Assembly: GCA_963719035.1 (NCBI GenBank)
Contig: CAVRAO010000012.1
Coordinates: 160,001-224,000 of the forward strand
DNA length: 64,000 nucleotides
Direction: 5' to 3'
DNA from: Methanobacteriota archaeon
Lineage (GTDB): Archaea; Halobacteriota; Bog-38; Methanoflorentales; Methanoflorentaceae
Part shown: one piece after another, positions 30,458 through 41,805 of the stretch
Position numbering within the stretch: position 1 is the stretch's first letter
Layout of the letters: every line of letters begins with the position of its first letter
The notes under the pieces: model-generated
Databases searched by the model: none
What the model saw: only the letters and a program-made list of their open reading frames with translations
Told to the model about the DNA's origin: nothing
Position numbers and translations under genes: made by a program

Positions 30458-31379
30458 GGCCCTTCGATTTATAGCGGTTATCGATCGACGGGCACTCGTA
30501 TCGAATTGGACAGGCGAAGCACTCGGGTGCGGTCGCATGACAAAACTCAAAGCCGAGCTGAATGAGCAGCAAGTGACTTCTGCCCGGCTGAGAAAGCTCT
30601 GTTTCAAGCGCGTCTTTGGCGATATCCTTTGACTTGTCGCTCCCGTGAATCTCCTTTGCATTGAGGGCAAGGCCACGCCGCGATGCGTCGCGCTCGATGA
30701 ATCCGAGTCTGCGGGCAACTCGTTCCACATGCGTGTCTATCGGGACGACTTCGTGTCCTGCAGCGTAGAGTAGGACGCAATCTGCGGTCTTTTTTCCAAC
30801 TCCGGGAAGCGAGAGGAGCAGCTCGCGTGCATGATCCGGCGTATCGTAAACCCACGACAAGTCGCCGTCCCACCGGCGTTTGATCTCGCGCGCGATGGAA
30901 ACGATGTAATCTGCCTTGCGGTGTGGGCCACACCGGTACAGGACAGGGACGATGTCGTGTGGATTTGTCACGCTTAAGGTCTCAGGGGTGATCGTTCCGA
31001 ATCGCCGGATGAGCTCAAAAAAAGCTGCACGAGCGCGCTCTGCGGTCTTGTTCTGGGTAAGCACAGTGAGTATGAGGCACCGGAAGGGATCCTGCCCGGC
31101 CATAAAATATAGTCCTGTATAGAAGTCTCTAAGCTTGCGTATGTAAGGATCACGACTACTCAGCTTGAGAAGCGCCATCCACTGCATCTCGTCAGGCTGC
31201 ACGTCCTCCATATCGAGGTGTGACGATAGCGGGGCCTGTGAGGGGTAAGGGCTGATTCGCTGCGTGATGTTATCAAGCGTTCTTAGATAACCTTCTGAGT
31301 TGGAGATCCACTCAAGAGCGGGAATCTGAATCGTCATTGTGCGTCCAAGGTCGATAGGCGGCATCATCGCGAATCGCAC
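30438..31379 (-). CDS. endonuclease III-like HhH-GPD DNA glycosylase with 4Fe-4S motif
   Basis: LPGVGKKTADC (HhH), IDTHVERVARRLG, C-x6-C-x2-C-x5-C. Confidence 0.88.
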   Translation of the reverse strand: MRFAMMPPIDLGRTMTIQIPALEWISNSEGYLRTLDNITQRISPYPSQAPLSSHLDMEDVQPDEMQWMALLKLSSRDPYIRKLRDFYTGLYFMAGQDPFRCLILTVLTQNKTAERARAAFFELIRRFGTITPETLSVTNPHDIVPVLYRCGPHRKADYIVSIAREIKRRWDGDLSWVYDTPDHARELLLSLPGVGKKTADCVLLYAAGHEVVPIDTHVERVARRLGFIERDASRRGLALNAKEIHGSDKSKDIAKDALETELSQPGRSHLLLIQLGFEFCHATAPECFACPIRYECPSIDNRYKSKGPNSRQL

Positions 31380-31603
31380 GCTTGGACACCTCGTAGGCCG
31401 CTGTGGTTAAGGGTTTGCACAAGCCTATTTATGAAAATACATGGGTATATATCATCCGCGCAGACATCTTGTATTAGAATTGAATCGTGCCGGTGACATA
31501 CAATGGATCTACAGACACTCAAGGCGTTGGTCACACACGCCGCAAGGACTAAAGACAGCATATCTTCTCGTATCGGATGCATGAAGATTCGAACGGAGGG
31601 TCA

Positions 31604-32569
31604 ATGGCACTAGCGCTCGACCCCGCCTGGCGCCTATTCGCTTATGAGTTCAACAAGTCCACGCTTCAGCTGAAGGAAGAAGATGGTAGCGGTCCTACTT
31701 ATATCATATCTCCCACCGGTGCCAAGATCAACCGCTTGTTTGTTGTTGGCGTGCTCACTGAAGTGGAAAATGTCCGCGCGAATGAAGACCTTTGGCGAGC
31801 ACGAGTCGCTGATCCGACGGGGAGCTTCACGGTATATGCGGGAAAATATCAATCCGAAGGGGCCTCATTTTTTGCTAACGCCGACGTGCCTCAATTTGTC
31901 TCTGTCCTTGGACGAGCACGCCTTTATACGCGCGAGGACACCTCATACGCATCTATCTGGTCAAATGAAATCAGCAACACGACGGAAACTGTCCGCAACA
32001 ACTGGGTCATAACTGCTGCAGAACGGACACTTGACAGGTTGGAGGTGCTCAAGATTGCGCAGGGTGCAGGATTAGAGGGAGATGCACTTCGAACCTTGCT
32101 CCTTGCTAATAACGTTAATGCGCTGCTCGTAGACGGGATTATTCGTGCATGGCCGTCGTATAACGGATCCGACGTAATGGCCGATTTGGTCCCCATCATC
32201 GCGTCAGCCATCGATACAGTTATCGAATCCCACGGGTTTAAGCCTGCAAGCGAGGAGAATCAGGTCGCGCGCAGCGCCGTGACTGAGGGTTCGACGGTGC
32301 AAGCGAACGATAACGCAGATGGACAAACGGGTGAGGTGACGAAGGAGCAGGAGGCCTCGACCACAACGGATGTGCTTGCGAGGAATAAGGAACGCGTCCT
32401 CCTCACTATGAACGAGCTTGAAAGCGGTTCAGGCGTACCGTACGACCGTCTCATAGAGACGTTGGAAACTCACGGGCTAGAAGAAGAAGACGTTGAAGAC
32501 GCGGTACAGGAACTGATGGATGAGGGGAAGTGCTACGAACCTAAGCTTGGCATCCTCAAGTTGATTTAG
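31604..32569 (+). CDS. RPA-family OB-fold protein with C-terminal winged helix
   Basis: SPTGAKINRLFVVGVLTE, RARVADPTGSFTVYAGKYQ, C-terminal LMDEGKCYEP; GGAGG SD. Confidence 0.85.
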   Translation: MALALDPAWRLFAYEFNKSTLQLKEEDGSGPTYIISPTGAKINRLFVVGVLTEVENVRANEDLWRARVADPTGSFTVYAGKYQSEGASFFANADVPQFVSVLGRARLYTREDTSYASIWSNEISNTTETVRNNWVITAAERTLDRLEVLKIAQGAGLEGDALRTLLLANNVNALLVDGIIRAWPSYNGSDVMADLVPIIASAIDTVIESHGFKPASEENQVARSAVTEGSTVQANDNADGQTGEVTKEQEASTTTDVLARNKERVLLTMNELESGSGVPYDRLIETLETHGLEEEDVEDAVQELMDEGKCYEPKLGILKLI

Positions 32570-32741
32570 CCATCAACGCACCAACGCTCTACAACGTATG
32601 TGCTTTGCCTGTCGTCCTTTTCAAAAAACAATGTGACATGCTCAACGTGGCCTGCTCTCTCGTTTTAACCCAAGCCTTAGATTGTGCTCTTTGCGACTTG
32701 TGAGATGATGCCGTCGCTTGTCGGCGGTTGTTGTGGTGTGG

Positions 32742-33104
32742 TCAGTAGCGCTGCCACTTCTCAGTGGGGCGCCTTTCTGGAATGTGCTCGGGGACTTTTT
32801 TTGTGCCCTTCGCGCACTCCTCGCTTACGTACAATCCACAGTAACACGCGCCAAATTCGGCAACATCTGGGTCGCAGTAGACGCACGGGCAGATAATGTC
32901 CTTATCTAATTCCTTGTCGTTTGATGCCATACGACACGGACAGTTGTGGTATCCATAGCGCTCCTTGTTCGTGAGTATCCCGTCAACCAAAGCGTTTACG
33001 AGGTCTTTGTCGGGGTTCAAGAAACGTCCCATGCGTGGCGCTGCCTTCGTTATCGCTGCGAGGTATTGTTCGCGATCCATGCACGTCCTTATTACTTCAC
33101 TCAT
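32742..33104 (-). CDS. ferredoxin:thioredoxin reductase catalytic-subunit-like protein
   Basis: CPCR, ICPC and CYCGLY motifs; C-terminal IPERR. Confidence 0.92.
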   Translation of the reverse strand: MSEVIRTCMDREQYLAAITKAAPRMGRFLNPDKDLVNALVDGILTNKERYGYHNCPCRMASNDKELDKDIICPCVYCDPDVAEFGACYCGLYVSEECAKGTKKVPEHIPERRPTEKWQRY

Positions 33105-33145
33105 TCTTTAAACTTGCTTAGAGCGACCGCTTAAATCTCGCTGAA

Positions 33146-34051
33146 CTAAACAAACTTCTTAAACATCATTGCTTGGAGCTGACCGACCCCAAGGTGCTTC
33201 GACAAAAGCACAATATCGTCGCGATTAACAGCGAACGCCTTAGCAGGCGGCAACGCCTTTGCGCCGCGTGCGTAGATCGTGCCCCCTCGCTTATTAGCTC
33301 CGAGGTAGCCTCGAGGCGTACCGCCAACGACGAGAACGCCCGACTTCATGTCGATTCCAGCAAACGCCTCTGCATTTCCACGTATGATCACAGTGCCCCC
33401 GTTCAGAAGAGCGCCTGAGTTCATGCCTGCATTGCCTGTTACGATGACCGTCCCGCGCTTCATGAGAATGCCGGTGCTGAGGTCAACGTCTCCAGCAACG
33501 CAGATCTGCGCGTCACATGCACAACGTGCGCCAACGGTATCGCGCACTATCGCGTCAGATAAGTGGAGTTGTGCGTTTGAAAGAACGTTAGGGGGGACAA
33601 GCGCGTCGTCACCGAGACCGTTACACACCACATCAGTGATCGATCGATATTTCTGATACCCCGTTCGATCAGACGTGACTTCAACGACGTTGCCGATCGG
33701 TGGCTTTGCGACCCCGGCCACGTACACAACTCCCGAGACCATACTTATTCCCATGCGGGTGTCAACGTTCCCGTCAACAATGACACTACCAACGGAGATT
33801 TTGCCTCCACTGCCCGAAAAAAAACGCAAATCAACGCCTAAACTAGAACAAAATCGGTGGCCAACGTCTCCAACAATAAATATGTCCTCTTTTCGTTTTA
33901 AAGCCTCAACGACGTCGCGATAAGTGTACTTACTCCCCTCTTGATGTGGAATCGGTTCGTCAGGCTCTAACTTAGCGCCCCGATGCTGCCAGTAAAAGTT
34001 GTACGTAAAGTCCGCAATACAATCAACTGGTGCACTAAACTCGAGCTGCAT
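33146..34051 (-). CDS. FwdC/GltB C-terminal (GXGXG beta-helix) family protein
   Basis: Repeated GxxMxxGxIxVxG units (GISMVSG, GILMKRG, GIDMKSG). Confidence 0.85.
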   Translation of the reverse strand: MQLEFSAPVDCIADFTYNFYWQHRGAKLEPDEPIPHQEGSKYTYRDVVEALKRKEDIFIVGDVGHRFCSSLGVDLRFFSGSGGKISVGSVIVDGNVDTRMGISMVSGVVYVAGVAKPPIGNVVEVTSDRTGYQKYRSITDVVCNGLGDDALVPPNVLSNAQLHLSDAIVRDTVGARCACDAQICVAGDVDLSTGILMKRGTVIVTGNAGMNSGALLNGGTVIIRGNAEAFAGIDMKSGVLVVGGTPRGYLGANKRGGTIYARGAKALPPAKAFAVNRDDIVLLSKHLGVGQLQAMMFKKFV

Positions 34052-34078
34052 TGTTAACCCTAAAAAGTTCTTTACAAA

Positions 34079-34555
34079 CTATCGAAACGGCTTGCGTTCA
34101 ATTTTTAACGAGTCGCCACCGCGAAGCACAACGGCCCCTTTTGCAGCAACAATTTCAAGTCCGTTCAGTCCAGCAGGACCACAAAGGACATCCTGTTCGG
34201 GATGTGTCCCTTTCTCGATGTCGCAGCGCAAGACCGTGCGCTTTCCCACAGACGCGACTACTCGTAGCCGTGATGACGCAGGATGATCTTTCGGAAGCAC
34301 TATGAGGGGCGAACCAGCGTCGCGGATAAGAGAGAGCGTGCAGATAATTGCTTTTGTGGTGGTGCGATCGTTGCAAAAACCCGATGCAACAAAAAGATCT
34401 TCGGCGCTCACCGCCATGACGATCTCATCATCTGTCGTCTCAATGAAGAGCTGCCGAGCGCATCCTGACTTAACTACGCCGATCACGCCGTCGGCACTGC
34501 GCACGAACAAGACCTCGTCGGCGTCGAGCGGCACGTGCTGTTCCATGCTACACAC
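34079..34555 (-). CDS. conserved hypothetical protein
   Basis: 158-aa ORF co-oriented in the operon; GTHPEQDVLC motif. Confidence 0.7.
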   Translation of the reverse strand: MCSMEQHVPLDADEVLFVRSADGVIGVVKSGCARQLFIETTDDEIVMAVSAEDLFVASGFCNDRTTTKAIICTLSLIRDAGSPLIVLPKDHPASSRLRVVASVGKRTVLRCDIEKGTHPEQDVLCGPAGLNGLEIVAAKGAVVLRGGDSLKIERKPFR

Positions 34556-34618
34556 TCTTGTTGATCCAGCATCCTCGATAAGAAAAAGGGCTAACTAAGG
34601 ATCAACCCACAAGAGTTA

Positions 34619-34774
34619 CTATTCAAGCTCTGTGATATCTTCCGATTGGCAGGACGGACACATCGGGTTCTTACCGATGCCCTTGAATTTCGAACCGCAC
34701 TCGTTACAGGTGTATTGCTGTGGTTCGAGTCTTTCAATGTCCTCATTTCCAAACGGACCGCCGACGGTGCACAT
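34619..34774 (-). CDS. 51-aa zinc-ribbon protein (not in ORF track)
   Basis: GGAG SD; MCTVGGPFGNEDIERLEPQQYTCNECGSKFKGIGKNPMCPSCQSEDITELE (two CxxC). Confidence 0.8.
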   Translation of the reverse strand: MCTVGGPFGNEDIERLEPQQYTCNECGSKFKGIGKNPMCPSCQSEDITELE

Positions 34775-34984
34775 AATGAGTTCTCCTTAATAATTGCATG
34801 ACAGTGACTGTGTATAAGGGTTTGCTTAGCTGCGCAAATTAGTTTCATTACGTCTAAGATAAAGTTATATGCAGTTGACGGGAAAAACATTGTATAGCTA
34901 GCGTGCGGAATTATCTCATCGCTTAATATTGCTTCTAAATAATAATTTAATTTATATTAAATTACATCTACAGTCTGTACGACA

Positions 34985-36946
34985 ATGTCTCCTTCTAAGT
35001 TCATCCTAAGTTCATCGTTCAAGCCAACTGGAGATCAGCCTAAGGCGATTACTGAGCTTGTTAACGGCATCAACGGCGGGGCGAAGCACCAGACGCTTCT
35101 CGGGGTTACCGGCTCTGGAAAGACGTTCACCGTCGCGAACGTCATCGCACAGGTGCAGAAGCCCACACTTGTTATCGCGCACAACAAGACATTGGCCGCC
35201 CAACTCTACAAGGAGTTTCGCGAGTTTTTCCCACAGAACGCGGTCGAGTACTTCGTGAGCTATTACGATTACTATCGCCCTGAGGCTTACATACCGCACA
35301 CGGACGTTTATGTGGCAAAGGAATCGGAGATCAACGATGAGATTGACCGGCTGCGACACTCAGCTACTAAATCGCTCCTCACGCGGCGTGACACCATTGT
35401 CGTAGCCAGCGTCTCGTGCATATTCGGCATTGGCTCTCCTGAAGACTACCAAGAGTCCGTTCTCTCCCTGCAAGTGAACGAAACCGTCAAACGGAGCGAG
35501 ATCTTGCGCAAGCTCACTGCTATGCAGTATGAGCGTAATGACATCGATTTCTTCCGCGGAAAGTTTCGCGTGCGAGGTGACACCGTTGAGGTGTTTCCAG
35601 CGTATGGAAACACCGCGTATCGCATCGCGCTCTGGGACGACAAGGTAGAGGGACTGTACGAGTTTAATCCGATCAACGGAAGAAAGACGGCAGCGTTTGA
35701 TTTTCTGCCGATCTTCCCGGCGACGCACTTTGTCACCAACCGCGCGAGACACGACGAGGCGCTGCACTCGATCAAGCGTGAGCTCACTGAACGTTTGGAG
35801 TACTTGCGCGGACAGGACAAGTTGCTCGAGGCTCAGCGGTTAGAGCAGCGCACTAAATACGACCTTGAGATGATGCGCGAGATCGGCTATTGCAGCGGGA
35901 TAGAGAACTATAGCCGACACCTCAGCGGGCGCTCTGCAGGGGATGCACCTACGACCCTCATTGACTATTTTCCGGAAGACTACCTCCTTGTCATCGATGA
36001 GTCGCACGTAACCATCCCCCAGCTTGTCGGTATGCACGGTGGAGACCGGTCTCGGAAAGACAACTTGGTGGAGCACGGGTTCAGGCTCCCATCAGCTTAC
36101 GATAATCGTCCGCTTACTTTTGGCGAATTTGAAAAGCGGGTCAACCAGGCTATTTACGTGTCGGCCACCCCCGGACCTTATGAGCTGGCCAAGTGTGAGC
36201 GTGTCGTCGAGCAGATCATTCGTCCCACTGGGCTAGTCGACCCTGCAGTAGAGGTTCGCCCTGCTGAGGACCAAGTCGACGACCTGATCGCAGAACTACA
36301 AAAAAGATCAAACGAGCGAGTGCTTGTGACGACACTGACAAAAAGGATGGCCGAGGATCTTTCCGAGCACCTTAACGAGATCGGCATAAGGGTGCAGTAC
36401 CTTCACTCTGACATTAGCACGCTCGATCGCGTTGACATCCTGTACGACTTGCGACGCGGCACCTTCGACGTCCTCGTCGGCATCAACCTTTTGAGAGAGG
36501 GCATCGACTTGCCCGAGGTCACTCTGATGGCGATCCTCGATGCGGACAAAGAGGGCTTTCTACGCTCCGAACGGTCACTCATTCAGACGATCGGCCGGGT
36601 TGCACGAAACGTCAATGGTCGTGTAATCATGTACGCCGACGTCACGACCGACTCTATGAAGCGTGCGATAAGCGAGAACAACCGGCGGCGCGCGCTGCAG
36701 CTCGCACACAACGAGCGCTACGGAATTACACCCCGGACCATCGTAAAACCTATCGAGGAACTTGTCGAGCGACGTCGGCCAGAGCTCGTAACTGAAGAAG
36801 AACCGGCTCTGAACGTCGCTCCAGAGGAGCTTGAAGAGACGATCGCAGGGCTCCAGGTAGAGATGCAGCGAGCAGCGCGCGGACTTGAATTCGAGCGGGC
36901 GGCGCTGATTCGTGACATGATTCGTTCTCTTGAAGAAGGGACATAG
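34985..36946 (+). CDS. uvrB: excinuclease ABC subunit B
   Basis: [36 protein letters not shown]-terminal UVR domain. Confidence 0.98.
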   Translation: MSPSKFILSSSFKPTGDQPKAITELVNGINGGAKHQTLLGVTGSGKTFTVANVIAQVQKPTLVIAHNKTLAAQLYKEFREFFPQNAVEYFVSYYDYYRPEAYIPHTDVYVAKESEINDEIDRLRHSATKSLLTRRDTIVVASVSCIFGIGSPEDYQESVLSLQVNETVKRSEILRKLTAMQYERNDIDFFRGKFRVRGDTVEVFPAYGNTAYRIALWDDKVEGLYEFNPINGRKTAAFDFLPIFPATHFVTNRARHDEALHSIKRELTERLEYLRGQDKLLEAQRLEQRTKYDLEMMREIGYCSGIENYSRHLSGRSAGDAPTTLIDYFPEDYLLVIDESHVTIPQLVGMHGGDRSRKDNLVEHGFRLPSAYDNRPLTFGEFEKRVNQAIYVSATPGPYELAKCERVVEQIIRPTGLVDPAVEVRPAEDQVDDLIAELQKRSNERVLVTTLTKRMAEDLSEHLNEIGIRVQYLHSDISTLDRVDILYDLRRGTFDVLVGINLLREGIDLPEVTLMAILDADKEGFLRSERSLIQTIGRVARNVNGRVIMYADVTTDSMKRAISENNRRRALQLAHNERYGITPRTIVKPIEELVERRRPELVTEEEPALNVAPEELEETIAGLQVEMQRAARGLEFERAALIRDMIRSLEEGT

Positions 36947-36947
36947 C

Positions 36948-39761
36948 GTGACTGAATCCATTCGTATAAAGGGTGCAAAAGAGCATAATCTCAAGAACAT
37001 TGACGTTGAGATCCCGCGCGACAAGTTTGTGGTCATAACGGGAATTAGCGGTTCAGGTAAGTCCTCGCTGGCCTTTGATACGATCTATGCTGAAGGACAG
37101 CGAAAGTACGTGGAATCACTATCTGCGTACGCCCGACAGTTCCTCGGTCAGATGAAGAAGCCAGAGGTAGAGCATATCGACGGCCTTTCCCCGGCGATCT
37201 CGATCGACCAAAAAACGACGAGCAAGAATCCCCGTTCCACCGTGGGAACGGTAACAGAGATCTTTGACTATCTGAGGCTTATGTTCGCACGCGTGGGCAC
37301 CCCTCACTGTCCCCAGTGCGGCAAGGAGATCGCTCAACAGACCGTGCAAGAAATCGTCGACCAGGTTGTGCAGCTTCCGAAGGACACGAGGATCACGATC
37401 CTCGCCCCGGTGGTCAACGACAAAAAGGGGGAACACCGGAAGATCTTGGAGTTCCTGCTCAGCGACGGGTTCGCGCGCGCACGCATCGACGGTGAGGTGC
37501 GCGAACTCGACGAGGCAATCGACCTTGACAAGAACAAACGGCATTCGATTGAGGTCGTAGTTGACCGGCTCATCATCGCTCAGGAAGAACAGCAACGCCT
37601 CGCCGATTCGCTTGAGACCGCTCTCGTTCTCGGTGACGGTGTGGTCATCGTCGACGTTAACGGCGCCAAAGAGCTCCTTTTCAGCGAGCACTTCGCGTGT
37701 ATCGAGTGTGGCATTAACATGGGAGAGGTCGAGCCGCGTATGTTCTCGTTTAATAGCCCGCACGGGGCGTGTGCGACCTGCCACGGCCTCGGGTTTGAAA
37801 AAACGCTCGATGAAGACCTTATCGTGCCCGACAAATCCCTGCCCGTCAGAAGTGCTATCGCGCCGTGGGCTAAACCGACGAGCGAGTATTACCCTCAGTA
37901 CCTCTTAAGCGCGGCAAAACACTTTCAATTTGACCCTGAAACGCCGTACGAAGAGCTTGCCGACGAACAGAAACACCTCATCATGTGTGGCTCGGGGACT
38001 CAGAAGATGCGCTTTGAGTACGCCGGGCGACACGGCTATGTGCGGTTTATGAGGCCGTTTGAGGGAGTGTTAAAGAACCTATCGCGTCGTTATCGCGAAA
38101 CCGACTCTGATAACGTACGGGAAGAGATTGAGAAGTACATGCGGCTGCGTGCTTGTGACGCCTGCAACGGCCAACGGCTTCAACCGAAAGCGCTCGCTGT
38201 TACGGTCGGTGATTGCTCGATAGCGGATGTCTCAGCCTTGTCTGTCGACGCGGCTTATACCTTCTTTGACATGTTGCGCCTCTCTAACGGGAAGATGATC
38301 ATTGCTGCAGAAGTAATCAAAGAGGTTAAAAAACGTCTCAACTTTCTGCAAAACGTCGGTCTCAACTATCTGACGCTCGATCGAGCAAGCGAGACACTAT
38401 CGGGGGGTGAGGCTCAGCGCATACGGCTTGCGACGCAAATCGGCTCGGGCCTCGTCGGCGTCCTCTATATCCTTGATGAGCCGAGCATTGGACTTCACCA
38501 ACGTGACAATTTGAGGCTCATTGGGACGTTGAAGAGCCTGAGGGACCTCGGGAACACACTCATCGTGGTTGAGCACGACGAGGAGATGATTCGCACGGCA
38601 GACTACGTCATCGACATGGGGCCCGGCGCCGGAGAGCACGGAGGTGCGATCGTGGCAACGGGCACACCAAGTGACATCGTGAGCGATCCAGAGTCTATCA
38701 CCGGACAGTACCTTAGTAGGGCAAAACGAATCGAGGTGCCAAAAAGACGGCGCACCACGAACGGCAAAGCCCTGCGCATTATCGGCGCGCGCCACAACAA
38801 CCTTAAGAACATCGATGTGGAGATCCCCCTCGGGATCTTCACCTGTGTCACAGGGGTCTCTGGTTCTGGAAAAAGCACCCTTATCAACGATATTCTCCAT
38901 CGCCGACTCGCTCAAAAGCTTCATCGGGCATACGGAAAGCCCGGCGACCACGACGACGTTTTAGGCATCCAGGACATCGACAAAGTGATCACGATTGACC
39001 AGTCTCCCATCGGGAGGACTCCGCGCTCAAATCCCGCCACGTACACAGGGGTGTTCGATTTTATTCGGGCCCTCTTCGCCCAGCTTCCTGATGCTAAGGC
39101 CCGAGGCTATCGGCAGGGCCGATTTAGCTTTAACGTGAAAGGAGGACGCTGTGAGGCGTGTAGAGGTGACGGGATCATAAAGATCGAGATGCACTTTTTA
39201 CCCGACGTCTATGTACCGTGTGAGGTTTGCGAGGGGAAGCGCTACAACCGCGAAACGCTTGAAATTCGCTACAAGGGCAAGAATATCGCTGACGTGCTCG
39301 ATATGACCGTCGAAGAGGGCGTGCACTTCTTTGAGAATATCCCGCGCATCAAGCAGAAACTTCAGACGCTCTTTGACGTGGGCCTGGGCTACGTCAAACT
39401 CGGACAGCCTGCGACGACGCTCTCTGGCGGGGAGGCACAACGCGTCAAGCTGGCGACGGAACTCAGTCGGCGGAGCACGGGAAAGACATTTTACATCCTT
39501 GACGAGCCGACGACAGGCCTGCACTTTGACGACATTAAGAAACTGCTCGCAGTTCTCGGCAGGCTCACTGACGCAGGTAATTCTGTGCTCGTCATTGAAC
39601 ACAACCTTGACGTGATTAAGACGGCCGACCATATCATCGATCTGGGTCCCGAGGGAGGCGATGAGGGTGGGTACGTCGTCGCGCGGGGAACGCCTGAGAT
39701 GATCGCGCGGTCTGGCACTTACACGGGTGAGTTCCTCAAACGAGTCTTAAACGGATACTAA
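36948..39761 (+). CDS. uvrA: excinuclease ABC subunit A
   Basis: GAKEHNLKN, two ABC ATPase modules ([14 protein letters not shown]), zinc fingers. Confidence 0.98.
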   Translation: MTESIRIKGAKEHNLKNIDVEIPRDKFVVITGISGSGKSSLAFDTIYAEGQRKYVESLSAYARQFLGQMKKPEVEHIDGLSPAISIDQKTTSKNPRSTVGTVTEIFDYLRLMFARVGTPHCPQCGKEIAQQTVQEIVDQVVQLPKDTRITILAPVVNDKKGEHRKILEFLLSDGFARARIDGEVRELDEAIDLDKNKRHSIEVVVDRLIIAQEEQQRLADSLETALVLGDGVVIVDVNGAKELLFSEHFACIECGINMGEVEPRMFSFNSPHGACATCHGLGFEKTLDEDLIVPDKSLPVRSAIAPWAKPTSEYYPQYLLSAAKHFQFDPETPYEELADEQKHLIMCGSGTQKMRFEYAGRHGYVRFMRPFEGVLKNLSRRYRETDSDNVREEIEKYMRLRACDACNGQRLQPKALAVTVGDCSIADVSALSVDAAYTFFDMLRLSNGKMIIAAEVIKEVKKRLNFLQNVGLNYLTLDRASETLSGGEAQRIRLATQIGSGLVGVLYILDEPSIGLHQRDNLRLIGTLKSLRDLGNTLIVVEHDEEMIRTADYVIDMGPGAGEHGGAIVATGTPSDIVSDPESITGQYLSRAKRIEVPKRRRTTNGKALRIIGARHNNLKNIDVEIPLGIFTCVTGVSGSGKSTLINDILHRRLAQKLHRAYGKPGDHDDVLGIQDIDKVITIDQSPIGRTPRSNPATYTGVFDFIRALFAQLPDAKARGYRQGRFSFNVKGGRCEACRGDGIIKIEMHFLPDVYVPCEVCEGKRYNRETLEIRYKGKNIADVLDMTVEEGVHFFENIPRIKQKLQTLFDVGLGYVKLGQPATTLSGGEAQRVKLATELSRRSTGKTFYILDEPTTGLHFDDIKKLLAVLGRLTDAGNSVLVIEHNLDVIKTADHIIDLGPEGGDEGGYVVARGTPEMIARSGTYTGEFLKRVLNGY

Positions 39762-39765
39762 GGCG

Positions 39766-41562
39766 ATGCCTCCACCTTCTGTACTCGAAAAAATGGACAA
39801 CTTGCCGGGCAGTCCCGGGGTCTACCTGATGAAGGATGCCGGTGGGAAAATCATCTACATTGGGAAAGCTATCTCTTTGAAGAACCGCGTTAGAACCTAT
39901 TTTCATACTACGCCGGTAGCACCGCGAACGATGGCACTCGTCGAGCGGGTCGACGACGTCGAGTGGATCGTCACTAACACCGAAAAAGAGGCGCTTATCC
40001 TTGAGTCAAACCTTATCAAGCTTCACAAGCCGCGATACAACGTTCGGCTCACCGATGACGGCAGCTTCCCGTACATCCGAATTTCGAGGGACGTATATCC
40101 GAGCATCACTGTGACGCGCGCCGTAAGAAACGACGGATCATCCTATTTCGGCCCATACACGAGCGCGCAGGCCACGCGTCAAAGCGTGAAGGTGTTGCGC
40201 AAGGCGTTCCCGTTGCGCAGCTGCAGTAGAGACCTGCAGCGCGTTCTAAGGCCCTGCCTTAACTATCAACTTAAGCTCTGTGTGGGCCCTTGTGCAGACA
40301 AAACGGAGCCTAGCGCGTACGCTCAGCTCGTAACGGGCATACGGGGGTTTCTCGAAGGGCGTCAGGACGACATTCTCAGGGAGCTGAAGCACGAAATGCG
40401 CGAAGCGGCAACAGATATGGATTTTGAACGCGCGGCGACGCTACGCGATCGCATTGCTGTGCTCGAGCGCGTCCGAGAACAGCAGTATGTAGAGCCACGA
40501 CGTGGCGACGAGGATGTCATCGCCATCGCCCGCAGAGGTCCACAGGCGTGTGCGCTCATACTCATGGTTCGCGAAGGGAAAGTCACGGGGCAACAATCAT
40601 ACGTTCTGCGCGGAACCGAAGGCGTTGATATGACTGAACTGATGACGGCGTTTATCAAACAACATTACTTCCATCTCGAGGGGCCTTACGTTCCGAAGGG
40701 CATCCTTCTCGAGCACCCAATAGAAGAAGCGGATGCCATTGAGAATCTCCTTACCGAGATCAGAGGAAGTCGCGTTCACCTGAACGTTCCCCGCGCCGGA
40801 CCGAAGAAAAAGCTCGTCGCGCTTGCTCACAAGAACGCCGAATCGATGCTTAAAAAGCCAGCTGCTGCAGATGCGTTGTATGTTCTTAAAGACGCCCTTC
40901 GACTCAGTTCTTACCCGTACAGGATCGAAGCGTTCGACGTGTCGAACCTTGCCGGGGCAGAAGCAATGGGGTCGATGGCGGTATTCATCGACGGTATGCC
41001 ACAGTTTAATGAGTACCGCTATTACAAGATCAAGAGCGTTACGACGATCGACGACTACGCAATGCTCAAGGAGATTGTCAGCCGGCGATTTCGAGACCGA
41101 AAAAGCCGCGCGGACCTCATCGTGGTTGATGGGGGAAAGGGACAGGTGCGCGCCGTCAAGGACGCCCTCACGATGCTCGGTTTAAGGACCCCTCTTGCTG
41201 GCTTGGCAAAGCGCGAAGAACTCGTTTACGTGCCAGGTCGGTCAGCGCCTGTGGCGGTGCCGCAGATTGCACTCAATGTGCTGATGCGCATTCGTGACGA
41301 GGCGCATCGAGCGGCCATCCGCAGGCATCGAAACTTACGCTCGCGCAAGCTTTTGGAAAGCACGCTCGACCAAATTCCGGGTGTCGGCAAAAGACGAAAA
41401 ATTGAACTGCTTAAACGTTTTGGGTCCGTGGCTGAGCTTAAAAAAGCAAGTGTAGTAGAGATCGAATCGGTGCCTGCCGTAAACAAGACGACCGCTCATA
41501 GCGTTTTCAGTTTTTTTAACGAGCGACCTGCGGCCGTTCGTGTGTCCACCGCACATACGTGA
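39766..41562 (+). CDS. uvrC: excinuclease ABC subunit C
   Basis: PGVYLM...IYIGKA (GIY-YIG), IEAFDVSN, DGGKGQ, RDEAHR, HhH. Confidence 0.97.
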   Translation: MPPPSVLEKMDNLPGSPGVYLMKDAGGKIIYIGKAISLKNRVRTYFHTTPVAPRTMALVERVDDVEWIVTNTEKEALILESNLIKLHKPRYNVRLTDDGSFPYIRISRDVYPSITVTRAVRNDGSSYFGPYTSAQATRQSVKVLRKAFPLRSCSRDLQRVLRPCLNYQLKLCVGPCADKTEPSAYAQLVTGIRGFLEGRQDDILRELKHEMREAATDMDFERAATLRDRIAVLERVREQQYVEPRRGDEDVIAIARRGPQACALILMVREGKVTGQQSYVLRGTEGVDMTELMTAFIKQHYFHLEGPYVPKGILLEHPIEEADAIENLLTEIRGSRVHLNVPRAGPKKKLVALAHKNAESMLKKPAAADALYVLKDALRLSSYPYRIEAFDVSNLAGAEAMGSMAVFIDGMPQFNEYRYYKIKSVTTIDDYAMLKEIVSRRFRDRKSRADLIVVDGGKGQVRAVKDALTMLGLRTPLAGLAKREELVYVPGRSAPVAVPQIALNVLMRIRDEAHRAAIRRHRNLRSRKLLESTLDQIPGVGKRRKIELLKRFGSVAELKKASVVEIESVPAVNKTTAHSVFSFFNERPAAVRVSTAHT

Positions 41563-41805
41563 CTAACGTATGCGAGAAGAACTTATGAAGGGTTGGCGTC
41601 GTAGATTGGTTTTCGATCCGTCGCCGCCCCTCGCAAGCACCTTCGTTTAACTTGGAAGATACTTTATTTGGGAAAGCTTTTTAAGTCAATATTCGGACTA
41701 AAAAAGAGCGTGTGAGGCTCGGTTGAGGGCGGCTATTCTGACTTTAAGGCTGCAACTGACTCGAATGGGTAAATCCTGTGTAGACGAATTTTCAAGGGGG
41801 ACGCG

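Noticed and set aside
34591-34890. 99-aa ORF from the track
   Set aside because: Wrong frame; the SD-preceded zinc-ribbon ORF 34619-34774 is the plausible gene
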